DNA of 64,000 nt. It comes from Heterodontus francisci (Eukaryota). Position 1 is the first letter of the stretch, and each line of letters opens with the position of its first letter. Positions 34,841 through 48,743 of this stretch are shown in pieces. The position numbers were made by a program, and so were the translations under genes. The notes beneath the pieces were generated by a model. That model was not told the origin of the DNA. It did not search any database and worked only from the letters and a program-made list of their open reading frames with translations. The stretch spans positions 82,221,658 to 82,285,657 of the forward strand of contig NC_090380.1 of NCBI RefSeq assembly GCF_036365525.1, written 5' to 3'.

Positions 34841-35549
34841 CTGGAAAGAAATAATAAGCCATTGATTACTTATTTAGACAGGTTAACTTCTCAAAATTAA
34901 AACTGTTCATCTTTACACATAATAATGGAAATAAAAATCAGGAATGATGTAAAACAGGCTGCTGATTCGGCATCACTCGGTTTAAACTATCACACAAAAC
35001 CAAAATCCCCCCATTTCTGAAAAAATATTCAGGTACAACTTGATAATGAAATGGTGCCTTTAGCATAAAAAAAGGTGCTTCCCAGGTATACATATGGATA
35101 ACAGGGAACTAAGTAAAAAGCAGAGATTAGGGGGATAACCCAAAGTTTGGTCAAAGCGATGGATTTCAAGGGGGTTTTGAAAGGAAGACAGAGAGATGGA
35201 AGGGTTTAAGAAGGGACAGTAAAAGTTATTCAACTTTTATTCCAATGTTTGCCAATATATAATGAAAGAACACGAGGTATAACCATATATAAGTAAAGTA
35301 AATAGTGAAAATAGTAAATTGAATAGTAAAAAGTGAATTCAATAAAGGCTAGTTATTTATCTGCAAGTCTGCAAGTTAACAATGTAGAACATCTGAGTCA
35401 TCACTATATTTAAGACAATTTACCTGTGTTGGGAAATTTTAGGTTACCAAGAATTTAACAGTCAAACGTGCGAATGATTCAGTTTAGTTTGCCTTACCAG
35501 TGAATTGGCCCATATGCAAATTAATAAGTGCTGACTGTTATGCTGACTA

Positions 35550-37990
35550 CAGACTGGTCCAAGCAAAGGTCACCTCAAAATTAAGCCACGTCCCAAGACA
35601 AAGGTCCGAGTAACAAAGAAACTCCAACTTCACCGACTAGGTCTGCCGAGGTTAAAGCAGAACTCGAGCGCAAACTGGAAATTAAGCTCAACGATGTTCT
35701 CAGATGCTGAAACAGACCCAGGTGAACAGTGGAAGCAGCCGCGATCGGTTCTTCAGGAAACAACTGCTTGGTTATTCAGTGAGAAAGAGCAGTTACTGGT
35801 TCAACAAAAGCGACTCCAGAATCCAAGACTTGCTCCAAAAGAAATGCTCCTGCTGTATGAAACTTCTTGTGACACCAGGTGCCCAATCTGAAAAAGTCGC
35901 TTATAGGGAAGCCTGCAGTACCCTACAAACCAAGCTCCGAGTCATTCAAAGCCACTAGTGGCAAGCAATTGCAGAAAAGGCACAGAGTTACGCAGACAGC
36001 AGTGACATGAGATGTTTTTATGAGTCCTTGAAGACTGTTTACGGACCGTCCCACCTGATGCAGGCACCACTGCCATCTTCTGACAGCACAGTCCTGCTTA
36101 CTGACAAAGAGATCATCATGACTCAGAGCACATTGAGAGCCTCTTTGGGGACATAAGGACGGTGCAGGAAGCTTCGATAGCGAGGATGCAACAAAGGGAA
36201 ACAAAGTTCAAAATGGATAAACCCCTGACCCGCAAAGAGATCGCAAGTGCTATAGCACTATTGAAATGCCACAAGGCCCTGGGAATTGCCAGCATAAGTC
36301 GACAAACAGGGAGGTAGCGCACTTCTCAACAAGCTCACAGAGCTTTTAAAGCTTGCTGGGAGAAAGAGACGGTGCCAAGGGACCTTTGCAATTCAGTGAT
36401 TGTCACCCTCTACAAAAACAAAGGAGAAAAGTCAGACTGCTCAAATTACAAAGGGATTACCTTGCGCTTCATTTCAGGCAAAATCTTAGCAAGAATACTT
36501 CTAAACAGACTTGTGCGAACCATCGCCGAGGAAACTTTCCCTGAGAGCCATTATGGATTTAGACCAAGCAGAGGAACCACAGATATGGTCTTTGTACTGA
36601 GACAAATCCAAGAAAAATGCAGGGAATAGAACATGGGTCTGTATGTTTCCTTCCTGGACCTCACAAAGGCATTTGATACCATCAGCTGGAATGGACTGCA
36701 GGAAATACTGAATAGACTGGGTTGCCCATCTGAGTTCCTGGAGATACTCCGACAGCCGCATATTGGACAAAAGGTCAGGTGAAACTGAATGGAGCACTCT
36801 CTGACAGCTTCCCTATCTCCAATGGTGTAAAACAAAGGTGTCTTCTTGCACTGAGCCTCTTTTCCATCTTCTTCAGCTTTATGCTTCAGGAAGCCAAGAG
36901 AGATTTGACAGATGGTATTTACATCCGCTTCCGAACAGTCTACGATGACACTTGATGCTTTCAAAAACACACAAGTGCACATCTTGAAACTTCTTTTTGC
37001 TGATGATTGTGCCCTCGTGGCCCACACACAGGAAGCACTACAGCTCATTGTGAACTCTTTCTCAGAAGTAGCAAAGGCCTTAGGCCTTACCATCAGCCTG
37101 AAGAAAACAGAAGCCATGTTCTAACCCCCATCCAATGAAAATTACAACCCACCACAGATCAATATCGATGATGGAAGTTTCAACACTTTTGATCAATTCA
37201 CATGTCTGGCCAGCGTTATTTCAAATGATGCCTCCATCAGTAAAGGCATTGACAATCGCTTGTCAAAAGCCAATAGCTCTTTTGTCCGCCTCTCTAAATG
37301 AGTCTGGATAAACCACTCATTGCACATTTCCATGAAAATCTAGGTATATAGCGCTGTTTTCATCACTAACCTCTTGTATGGCTTAGAATCATGGGTCCTG
37401 TACAGTAAACAAATTAAGTTACTTGAACACTTCCATCAATGCTGCTTGCGCTCCATCATGAATATCAAATGGCAGGACTACATTACAAATATTGAAGTCC
37501 TTAGCAGAGCAAATTTATCCAGAATTGAGCGCATTTTCCTACAATGACAGCTATGATGAACAGGACATGCATGAAGGACACCAGAATGCCACAAGTGTTG
37601 TATGGAGAACTGTGCCTTGGGAAGTGGAATTGAGGTGCTCCACGAAGATGTTTCAAGGACTGGCTGAAGAAACAACTCTCCTTGGCTGACATCAAACAAT
37701 GGACGTGGGAGCAAGAAGCTGCTGACAGGACCAACTGGCGCCCAAAAATCAGAAATGCTATGCACACGTTTGAGTTCTTAAGATGCAAAACTATAGGAGA
37801 GAAACATTGAAAGCGGAAGGAAGCTGCTTCCGCCCGGGCTCCCCCAGGTCAAGAATTCCTGCGCCCCAAATGCTCAAGGGCCTGCAGATCTAGAATTGGA
37901 CTGTTTAGGCACCAGCGAACGTGTCAGCACCCATTGAGCCAAATCTTCCTTTGATTGTCTTCTGCGAAGAACTAGCCATCTTCATCATCA
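35550..37990 (+). mobile_element. RTE/BovB-like LINE, 5'-truncated and decayed, TSD TGACTA
   Basis: LYKNKGEKSDCSNYKGITL, GFRPSRGTTDMVFVLRQIQEKCRE, DLTKAFD, LLFADDCAL, C-terminal KCSRACRSRIGLFRHQRTC, (CAT)n tail; TGACTA at 35544-35549 and 37991-37996. Confidence 0.88.
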
Positions 37991-39569
37991 TGACTAAGAA
38001 GGGTGTGTTGGAGTGTGTTACATAAAATAAGTGGTTATTCATTTGGGAGGCATATTCAGGATTTGTTAGACAATCAGATTAACTAAATAGAAGATGAAGG
38101 TATAGGTTCTTTGATTTTAGGTTGGGAATTATTTTGATGAAATTAGATTTTGAGAGAAATATGTACAGTACTGCTATGTCTTTGTACTCCTCAAGAATTA
38201 CCTTCAACCTTTCGACACAATAGCCTGCTGTTTGCTACAGCTTATATTTCTCTTTCTTCCAATTTTGGATTCCAAGTAATTAAATGTATTTTTGAGGCAA
38301 GGCATCATAGCTTCATACTTTCAGTCAGTTCTCCAAAGCTGGAATATTCCATTTTTTAGGGAAATATTGAAGTTTTGAAAGAACATTATTGAAAGAACCC
38401 AGCATCATGTGAGAACAGTAAAATCCTCCAAAATATCTCTCCTTTCTACCTCTCCAACTTCCTCAAGCCCTGTATCCTTGCTGGCATCTATCACTCTTTC
38501 AATTCTGTGTTCTAATACTGTTTGGCTTAGTCTTCACCCATCTTGCTCTGACATTCTGAAATGCCGTTCCAAACCCCTCCACTTTGATTCATCTCTGCCA
38601 GCCTTCAAAAGCCTCCATAAAATCCATCGCCAGCAATTTCCTCTGGATTCTCCTGACCAACTGACGGAAGATTGGTGGAAACTGCAGATATGTCTTGTAA
38701 CCAGCATTTCTACTGATCCACCGCTTAAATTACGGCACTCATTCAGGAAAACCCTTGGCGAAATTCCCAGTCGATCGCTACGACCACCACATTTACTCCT
38801 CCCCTTTACCCTTGCTTGGTTCTGACCTGAAACTGTGAAACCCGTTAGCAGCTATGATATATTAATAATGCCATGTAAAAAAAGTTATTGTGAGGCCATA
38901 CGAAGCTACTTTCATGCAACCACCTAAAATAGCAAACAAACCACTTCCTGTCAAGATTCTTTATTAAAAAATATATTTACTATGCTCTAAATATAAATAA
39001 TACTAGTTATTTTTCAGTGAATTTAATTTAATCAAGGTGCTTGTGGAATTATTGTGCCAGGCTGTATCTTCCATCTTTCAGATCAGGCTGGTTTAGTTAG
39101 ACCATCTTGTTACTTAGAAATATTCTGAATAGTACCGTACAGTCTTATAATGATGTAATTGCTTATCATCCTTAATGGGATTGTCGAAGTACTCGCACCC
39201 TTACCATTAGTGGAAATTTTAGTATTTGTGTAACTTTTTTTGAAATGTAAAATATGATTTACATACTTATTGTCTAAAAGTATTACTTTAGACTATTTCT
39301 CTTTTCTGGACTCAGAAGTTTGTCTATCTTTTAATCCGTAACAATGCTGATTAATTCCAGAAACAGTTAAAAGGAACAATCCAGTCACAGCACAAATAAA
39401 TGACCTCAGGGCCTGGTTTTGTAATAAATGTGAGTAATAGGGACATGCAGGGATACAATTTGGGGCAGGACTTAGTTATGCAAGGTTCTTGGCACTTTTT
39501 CTTCCTGCCAAAAATGCCACTGGAAGTGAAGGCAGTTGTATATCTTGTCATGACTAGAAAATGAGGAAA

Positions 39570-39670
39570 AATGGGATTAATGTAGGATTAGTATAAATGG
39601 GTGGTTGATGGTCGGCACGGACTCGTTGGGCCGAAGGGCCTGTTTCAGTGCTGTATCTCTCTATGACTCT
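39570..39670 (+). mobile_element. 3' fragment of HE1-like SINE
   Basis: GGGATTAATGTAGGATTAGTATAAATGGGTGGTTGATGGTCGGCAC..GGGCCGAAGGGCCTGTTTCAGTGCTG. Confidence 0.8.
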
Positions 39671-40459
39671 ATTTGTATACCAGCAATACTGAAGCAAGGG
39701 ATTATCGTCTGCTTCTGGTATCTAGCACTGAATGAAACCTTGGGTTGACTTAAAATGTCAGCTTCAATCAATTGCCGAGTGAACAACTGCATTACAGAAA
39801 TAATCAAAAAAGCCAAATAGCCAGTAAATTTTGTTTTCAGTCTTTCCCACCACTGCAGGGCCTACTTACAGTGCAATGTAAAGGTCCTGCCGCTGCCCAA
39901 GATCCACCTCTAAAAGCTATCCTGAGGAATTTCAGGACCATTTGCTTTGCAAAAATGTTCTTATAACAGATGTCAAATTAATCAAAACTTTCTTTCAGTC
40001 AGATAATCTGCAAAGACCAATTTTCAAGATTTACAGTGTAGAAGCTCAACTGAAACATTGAGCCAAATTTTAACTCTGTGTAATTGATGGATTTTTAGTG
40101 AGTTAAAATCTTGTCCATTCTGTTAAGATATGACCAAGTCAATTGATTGATCAGGACTTCAGCATTACTGCCCGGCTTCAATATCAAGTGCTGACACTCT
40201 CCATCACGAAACAGATATAAGAAATGATGACCACGACTCTGGCCCTTTCATACATGCTTTTGTCATCAAGATTTCTTCTCATTCTTTCCCAGGGTCCTCA
40301 TCAGTCTTTTGAGGTTTTACATTTTGATGGCAGCTTCATACATCAGCACAGCCTTGGTCATATTCTGAATTTCTACATTTGCTTCAAAGTGCATTAATGA
40401 TATGCAATGCTGTTTTCAACCTACTCAATGTGGAACTGAGCCACAACACTCTATGAAAT

Positions 40460-41030
40460 GTGAAATAAAAACAGAAACTGCTGGAAATACTCATCAGGTC
40501 TGGCAGCATCTGTGGAGAGAGAATCAGAGTTACTGTTTCAGGTCCATGACCTTTCATCAGACTCGCAAAGGTTAAAAATGTAATAGGTTTTAAGCTGTGA
40601 AGTGGGGGGGTGGGGCGGGGAAGAGAACAAAAGGGAAGGTGTTGCTAGGATAGAGGCAGGAGATTTAAATGACAAAGATGTCATGGAACAAAGGCAAAGG
40701 GAGGGCTAATGGTTGTGGTGAAAGACAAAAGATTAGTCCAGAGAGAGTGTTAATGGCAAAATAATGAACAGCTCTATCCAAAAGCACAAACATGAAAAAC
40801 CAAGGTTAAGGCAGGCACATAGATAAAAAACAAAATAAAATAGTATAAAAAGGGGCAGTCATGCTCTGAAATAGTTGCAGAGTGCCTAATTGGAAGATGA
40901 GGTGCTGCTCCTCAAGCTTGCGTTGATGTTTACTGGTATACTGCAGCAGGTCAAGGACAGAAATGTGGGCATGAGAGCAGGATGGTGAATTGAAATGGCA
41001 AGCAACGGAAGCTCAGGGTCATGCTTACGG
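40460..41030 (-). mobile_element. Penelope-like fragment, same family as 23449-24330
   Basis: Collinear similarity to 22660-22735 plus 23449-23980 (GCTGGAAATACTCA..GGCAGCATCTGTGGAGAG.., GATGAGGTGCTGCTCCT). Confidence 0.75.
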
Positions 41031-41244
41031 AACATCTCCGCTCAGTCCTTATCAATGGGATATGGAGTAAAAGCAGATTAATGGAGTTGAGGTACAAATC
41101 AGCCATGACTGGTCTTCTCTTGTTCCTATCTTGCTGCGTAATTTTTTTTTTAAACTTACTTTTATTTTGAGGTTATATTATAAATTTAGTTATTTGACTC
41201 ATTGATCAATGCTTACAATGAAATGTTTTCACATTCTATTAGGA

Positions 41245-43195
41245 GGCTTATGGCAGATTCAGAACGCTGAAAACAGCAGAGGCCCTAGAGGAGTATAGAA
41301 AGTGTGTGGGGGTGGGGGGGGTTCTTAAAAAAGTCATTAGGAGACCGAAGAGGGGACATGAAAAAACACTGGTGGGCAAGATAAAGGAAAATCCTAAGAC
41401 ATTTTATAAGTATATTAAGGGCAAGACGATAACCAGGGAAAGAGTAGGGCCCATTAGGGACTAAAGTGGCAATCTGTGTGTGGAGTCGGAGGACAAAGGT
41501 GAGGTTTTAAATGATTACTTTTCATCTGTGTTCACTATGGAGAAGGACGATGTAGGTGTAGAGATCAGGGAGGGGGATTGTGATATACTTGAACAAATTA
41601 GCATTGAAAGGGAGCAAGTATTAGCTGTTTTAGTGGGCTTAAAAGTGGATAAATCCCCAGGCCCAGATGAGATGTATCCCGGCAGCTATGTGAGGCAAGG
41701 GAGGAGATAGCAGGGGCTCTGAGACAAATTTTCAAATCCTCTCTGGCCACGGGAGAGGTAACAGAGGATTGGAGGACCACGAATGTGGTACCATTATTCA
41801 AGAAGGGTAGCAGGGATAAACCAGGTAATTACAGGCCAGTGAGTCGATCAGTGGTAGGGAAACTATTGGAAAAAATTCTGAGGGACAAGATTAATCTCCA
41901 CTTGGAGAGGCAGGGATTAATCAGGGATAGTCAGCATGGCTTTGTCAGGGGGAGATCGTGTCTAACAAACTTGATTGAATTTTTCGAGGAGGTGACTAGA
42001 TGTGTAGATGAGGGTAAAGCAGTTGATGTTGTCTACATGGACTTCAGTAAGGCTTTTGATAAGGTCCCACATGGGAGATTGGTTAAGAAGGTAAGAGCCC
42101 AAGGGATCCAGGGCAATTTAGCAAATTGGATCCAAAATTGGCTTAGTGGCAGGAGGCAGAGGGTGATGGTCGAGGATTGTTTTTGCGAGTGGAAGCTGTG
42201 ACCAGTGGTGTACCGCAGGGATTGATGCTGGGACCCTTGCTATTTGTAGTGTACATTAATGATTTAGACGTGAATATAGGAGGTATGTTCAGTAAGTTCG
42301 CAGATGACATGAAAATTGGTGGTGTCGTAAATAGTGAGGAGGAAAGCCTTATCGATTACAGGATGATATAGATGGGCTGGTAAGATGGGCGGAGCAGTGG
42401 CAAATGGAATTTAATCCTGAGACGTGTGAGTTGATGCATTTTGGGAGGACTAACAAGTCAAGGGAATATACAATGGATGGTAAGACCCTAGGAAGTACAG
42501 AGGGACCTTGGTGTACTTGTCCATAGATCACTGAAGGCAGCAGCACAGGTAGATAAGGTGGTTTTGAAGGCATATGGAATACCTGCCTTTATTAGCTGAG
42601 GCATAGAATATAAGAGCAGGGAGGTTATGATGGAGCTGTATAAAACGTTTGTTAGGTCACAGCTGGAGTACTGTGTACAGCTCTGGGCACCACATTATTG
42701 CACTGGAGAGGGTGCAGAGGAGATACACCAGAATGTTGCCTGGCCCGGAGTATTTCAGCTATGAAGAGAGACTAGATAGGCTAGGGTTGTTTTCCTTAGA
42801 GCAGAGAAGGCTGCGGGGGGACCTGATTGAGGTATACAAAATTATGAGGGACATTGATAGGATAGATGGGAAGAAACTTTTTCCCTTAGCGGAGGGGTCG
42901 ATAACCAGGGGGCATAAATTTAAGGTAAGGGGCAGGAGGTTTAGAGGGGATTTGAGGAAAATCTTTTTCACCCAAAGGGTGGTTGGTCTCTGGAACACAC
43001 TGCCTGAAGAGGTGGTAGAGGCAGGAACCCTCACAACATTTAAGAAGTATTTAGATGAGCACTTGAAACACCATAGCATACAAGGCTATGGGCCAAGTGC
43101 TGGAAAATGGGATTAGTATAGATAAGTGCTTGTTGGCTGGCACAGACACAATGGGCAGAAGGGCCTGTTTCTGTGCTGTGCAACTCTATGACTCT
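41245..43195 (+). mobile_element. CR1 LINE (RT region to 3' tail), frameshifted
   Basis: VPLFKKGSRDKPGNYRPVS, VDVVYMDFSKAFDKVPH, SGVPQG, KFADD, RGDLIEVYK, tail GGGCAGAAGGGCCTGTTTCTGTGCTG. Confidence 0.92.
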
Positions 43196-43253
43196 ACATC
43201 ACAACTCAATTCACAGAAAATTCCTTTTCAATGTTAAATAACAAATTTCTGAC

Positions 43254-43580
43254 CAGCCACTTGTAGCAAGACATTTATTTCTCGTTTCCCCTCTGAAGTA
43301 CTGGTGTAACATTGGTACTCTCCTTCATCATCCTTGGTAATGCCTGTAAGCAGGAGGGATGCATTTCCTTTCATTATCTCATTGATGAAAATCTCAGTTC
43401 TTCCTTTGTAGTTTGGATCTTGTTTGGATAGCTGGTCTATTTCTCGATAAAAGCTGTGAACTACAATGGTCCCCTTGGGCAGCTTGCGCATCCAGTGAAG
43501 CACTATTTCAGACAATTTTGTTGGTCGAAATTGACATGGCAAAAAAATGTCCTTGGAAATTACACCTGTGATGCTCCCAT
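43254..43580 (-). CDS. HHLA2: HHLA2-like exon, first IgV domain
   Basis: TTCTTTTCAG acceptor and GTCAGA donor, phase 1-1, 327 nt; DIFLPCQF..VLHW..VVHSFYREIDQLSKQDPNYKGRTEIFINEIMKGNASLLL..DEGEYQCY, a typical B7/butyrophilin IgV. Confidence 0.92.
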
Positions 43581-43789
43581 CTGAAAAGAAACAGAGCAAA
43601 ATTAGTCTTTTCTGGTAAAAAAAAAAAGCTTTTGACATTTCTGATCCAATTCCCAAGTTTCAAATACCAGCCAATGCCTCTTCACCATGCGCTGAAGGAT
43701 CACCAGCAATAATTATGTACAGAATGGACCATTATTGTGGGGGGTAATAAACACACTGGCAAAATAGGGGGTCTATGCCTCTAAATACT

Positions 43790-44265
43790 TACTATTCCAG
43801 GATCATCCTGGAATGCAAAGATAAGCCCTGACTTATTTTCTCTACTGCAAACCAGCTTCTTAAACCCCTCTCCCTTTTCCCCTCCACCCTTCCCTCCACA
43901 ATCAGTGTGAGGAGCTCATGGACTAAGATCGAGACCGTCCAATCAGCTGCCTCTGCCACTTCCCTCCCTTCCCCTCGTTGATTTTCCTCTAAAGCTGATC
44001 CCTCCCTAGCCCTGAACTCGCATCTTTCTCTAGTTTCTCTCCTATCTGCTCTCACCAAGCTCATTTTATCCATGAGAGCCACCTCCTGCTCCCTCAAACC
44101 TATTCTTACTAAACAGCTGACCACACAATGCCTCCTGGTCCCCATGTTATCTGATATTATTAATGGTTCTCTCTTCAGATGCTGTCCCTTGATCCTTTAA
44201 ATCTGCCTTTAATAACCCCTCCACGAAAAAACAACCCTTGATCACTTTGTCCTCACAAACTACTG
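43790..44265 (+). mobile_element. L2-type LINE internal fragment
   Basis: Decayed YSRIILECKD..LFSTANQLLKP and pyrimidine-rich L2 ORF2 linker. Confidence 0.6.
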
Positions 44266-45557
44266 CCTCAGCTGTGACGAGGCAAGTAGGGAGGACCTCA
44301 GAGGGCCACAAAGCCTGCCTGGAGATTTCCACCCCCCCCCCCACCCCACACCCCCTCCGCCTCCACCGGTCTGCATCAGGAGAGGTCTTCACAGGCAGCT
44401 GGGCTAGTCCTCAACGCTTCAGGGGGCCTGGGGGCCTATTGTAAAATTCCAGTCAGCCTCTGACAATAGTGCTTAAGAGGCCTTTAGATAGACTAATTGG
44501 CTACCTACTGCTTGCAGGCGGGTAGCCCTGCTACCCCCCATCCCGCCTCCAGGAAAATGGCCCGGAGGCATGATGGTGCCAAAAGAGTGGCACACTGGCC
44601 AGTGGCATGAATTTTCATGCACTCGCACCCCATCAAGGCCTAAAAATCCTGCCCCATATCATGGTCTATGACGTACGCAGCACCTCAACTGTCATTTTGG
44701 AAGTCAACTAGGCAGAGCCAGCTCTGTGCATGCTTCACCAGTTTTTAATGGTGAAACAACTGAACAGGCCCCCAAAAGGTAAATATAAGATTATTCTTGT
44801 GGTGTCAGGAGAAGAAGTGTTCCTTTGGGGTCCAGAAAAATAATGTGGGCCACTGCCACCACCAACTCCCCCTCCCTGCAAATGCCAAACCCCAGCCCAG
44901 GATTTACCTTGCTGCTCAATATGGCACTGGCGAGAAGCCAGCCAGCTGCATATGGACACCCATTTGGAGTGAGAAGCTTGTCAATTCTATTTCAATGAGG
45001 CCCAGGCCTCGAAGTGGCACTGGCCTCTTTGCTATCAGCATCAGCAGGCGGCTGGCATTCTCCATCAGTTGCCTGAAAGTTAAAATCTACCACTCCAATT
45101 CCATTTAGCTGCCCTTTCCCACACCCTTTATATTCTTCATTTTCAAAACACTTATCTAATTTTCTTTAGAGGACATTAAGAACATAAGAACTAGGAGCAG
45201 GAGTAGGCAATTCAACCCCTCGTGCCTGCTCCGCCATTCAATACGATCATGGTTGATTACAGGAGTTGTTTTTCTAGTACATGACCAATGATAAATTAAG
45301 GGCAACAGACCCATGATTTTAGAATATGCGCTGCCAATGGACAAGATTTTTTACCATCAGTACATGCTCAATAGTCAGCTGTGGGAAAACACTGTTAATA
45401 ATTGTTCTAATAATCCACTTGTGAAAAAGAAATTCTTCTAAGTTTATTTTGGTAACGTCCCCTTCATTTTAGTGATTTTATAGACAAGTTAACCTTCAAT
45501 GTTCTTATATTTAAAGTCAATATGCAAATATAAAACATCCATAAAATGGGATATCAC

Positions 45558-45615
45558 CTGTACTTAGTAGTTGGGAAATTCCGAAAACACAAAAACAAAC
45601 TATTTGGTGTAGCAT
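45558..45615 (-). CDS. HHLA2: HHLA2-like signal-peptide exon (MLHQIVCFCVFGISQLLST/D)
   Basis: ATG in AAGATGC context, 58 nt ending in a phase-1 CAG|GTGATA donor that splices in frame to IgV1; hydrophobic leader. Confidence 0.75.
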
Positions 45616-47384
45616 CTTGTGCCTCCTTCAGGTCACAATAAGTTGCATCCAAACATATCTTCACAAATAAATTTATATGCAGGAAGAATCTTCATTTCAT
45701 TTCTCAGTGGAACAGTCCCGGTTATTCCTTAAGACTCATCTTTCTCCTATTAAAAAATAATTCTCACATCTAATAACAGTCATAATTTATAGAATTACAA
45801 ACAGAATATACTGAAAACACTCAGCAGGTCAGGCAGCATCTGTGGTCATCTTTGGCAGCCAAATAAGTTTCATAGTATAAAAATACCAATAACAATTATC
45901 AGCTTGCTATTCCATCGCAAAAAGTTTTTTGTTCCTAGACCATCACCTTTATAGCAGACCTCCACCAGTCATACAACCCTCCGAGATCACCATGTCTTCT
46001 GATTTTGCCGACTTTTGCATCCCCAATTTTAATTGCTCCATTATTGGCGACCATGCCTTCAGCTGCCTAGGCCCAAAACTCTGGAATTCTCTTCCTAAAC
46101 CTCTGTAACTCTCTCTCCTTCTTTGAAGTCTATCTCTTTGACCAAACGTTTGATCACCTGTCCTAATATCTCTTTATGTTGCTTGGTATCTAATTTTGTC
46201 TGATAACACTCCTGTGAAGCAGCTTGGGATGTTTGCTATGTTAAGGCCATTGTATAAATGCAAGTTGTGGTGATTGTTATTGCAGAATCACTGAAAGCAT
46301 GACGTACTGAGGGCAATTTTCACATTCACCACTTGGGTGGGTAAATTGGCCGAGAGGATTATCTGCCTGTTATAGAACCCACCTGATTTTCATTCCCATT
46401 GACATCAGCATAACGGAAATACACCCACCGTTCCAATCAGGATTGTTCGATTTGAACACACAAATGTGGTCAAACCTAATCATAAGCTGCCCCCTCAAAA
46501 GCCACGTAAAAAATGAAGGTCTGTGTTTTTCCATATCTTCTTCTGTGTCTTATGATGTGGAGATGTTTGTTATTAAGATTCAGTAAACAAACATCAGAAC
46601 TGAACTCTGCTGCACCCAGAAAGATGTCCACAACCATATCGGCAGGCATTGCCACATCTGTCTGGCAAATACAGTGGGCAACTATGCTCACTGGCACCAT
46701 ATCATCTACTGCAAGGCCAGTAGTATAAAATATGCAACAAAGGGCTGTAACAGTCAGAGGCAGCTATGGGCAACTGCCAGGCATGCTACACTACTGGCTT
46801 ATGGAGTTGATACCATGAAATGACACAGCAGGCCACCCTGTCGCAAACATCTCATGCACCACCACCTCCATTTGAGAGGCTGTCAAGCAAAGGTGGGTGC
46901 TGTGATATTTCATTAATTGTCTATAAACTAATAACTGAATGTTGGAATTCCTTTCACTTCCTTTTTGCCAGTGACGTCACATGTCTCTCCTCTTTCAACT
47001 CTAGCAGTGAGTTGAGATGCCTTTTAAGTAAATTCAAAGACTGCAAGAATTTTTCTCCTTTTTTGTCACTTCCATTAAGTTGTCTACATCCATTTAAATT
47101 TCACCTACATCACAATTTTCTGCTCCTATCACCAGTGTGCTCTGCATAAATCCAAATCTTTATCTAGAGCTGTGAATGATTACGTGAATGGGCTGAATTA
47201 GGTACATTATAGCCGAGAAATTGGAACGTGCAGAACCTATTTTTCAGGCAGAAAATGGGTGTTGAAGGGTCCAACATGATGTGTGGCATTGACGTGCTCA
47301 GTTTGTGCCAGTCATGCACTACATGCCAGATTGGTTAGACCACTCTTTAGTTGCCCAGGGCATCCTCCTGAAGAATATTGTGCA

Positions 47385-48743
47385 TACAAATTGGCGAATG
47401 TAACTCCTTTATTCAAAAAGGGAGGGAGACAGAAAGCTAGAAACTACAGGCCAGTTAACTTAACATCTGTCTTAGGGAAAATGTTAGAAGCTATTATTAA
47501 AGATGTTATAGCGGAGCATTTAGAAAAGTTCAAGGTAATCAGGCAGAGGCAACATGGTTTTGTGAAAGGGAAATCATGTTTAACCAATTCATTGGAGTTC
47601 TTTGAGGGAATTACCTGTGCTGTGGATAAAGGGGAACTGGGGGGATGTATCGTACTTGTATTTCGAGAAGGCATTTGATAAGGTGCCACATCAAATGTTA
47701 TTGCAGAAAATAAAAGCTCATGGTGTAGCGGGTAACATATTGGCATGGATAGAAGATTGGTTAGTTAACAGGAAACAGAGAGTAGGCATAAATGGGTCAT
47801 TTTCTGTTTGGCAAGATGTAACGAGTGGTGTGCCACAGGGATCTGTGCTGGGGCCTCAACTTTTTACAATTTATAAAAATGACTTAGATGAAGGGACCAA
47901 AGGTATGGTTGTTAAATTTTCTGATGACACAAAGATAGGTAGGAAAGTAACTTGTGAAGAGGACATAAGGAGGCTACAAAGGGATATAGATAGGTTAGGT
48001 AAGTGGGGGAAGACCTGGCAAATGGAGTATAGTGTGGGAAAGTGTGAAATTGTCCACATTGGCAGGAAGAATAAAAAAGAAGCATATAATCTAAATGGTG
48101 AGATATTGCAGAGCTCTGAGATACAGAGGGATCTGGATGTCCTAATGCATGAATCGCAAAAGGTTAGTATGCAGGTACAGCACATAATTAGGAAAGCTAA
48201 TAGAATGTTTTCGTTTATCATGTAGAGAATTGAATACAAAAGTAGGGAGGTTATGCTTCAGCTATACAGGGCATTGGTGAGACCACATCTGGAGTACTGT
48301 GTACTGTACTGGTCTCCTTATTTGAGGAAGGATGTAAATGCGTTGGAGGCAGTACAGAGAAGGTTTCCTAGACTAATACCTGGAATGGGCGGCCTGTCTT
48401 ACGAGGAAAGATTGGATAGGCTAGGCTTGTATCCGCTGGAATTTAGAAGAGTAAGAGGCGATTTGATTGAAACATATAAGATCCTGAGGGGTCTTGACAG
48501 GATGTGGAAAGGATGTTTCCCATTGTGGGAGAATCTAGAACTAGGGGTCACTGTTTAAAAATAAGGGGTCACCCATTTAAGACAAGAGATGAGGAAAAAA
48601 ATTTTCTCTCAGAGGGTCTTGAGTTTTATGAATTCTCTTCCTCAAAAGGCAGTGGAAGCAGAGTCGTTGAATATTTTTAAGGCAGATGTAGATAGATTCT
48701 TGATAAGCAAGGGGGTGGAAGGTTATTGGGGGTAGGTGGAAAT
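47385..48743 (+). mobile_element. CR1 LINE RT-to-3' region (tail resumes at 51721-51810 after a younger insertion)
   Basis: ANVTPLFKKGGRQKARNYRPV, SGVPQGSVLGP, KFSDDTK, LVRPHLEYC. Confidence 0.9.
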
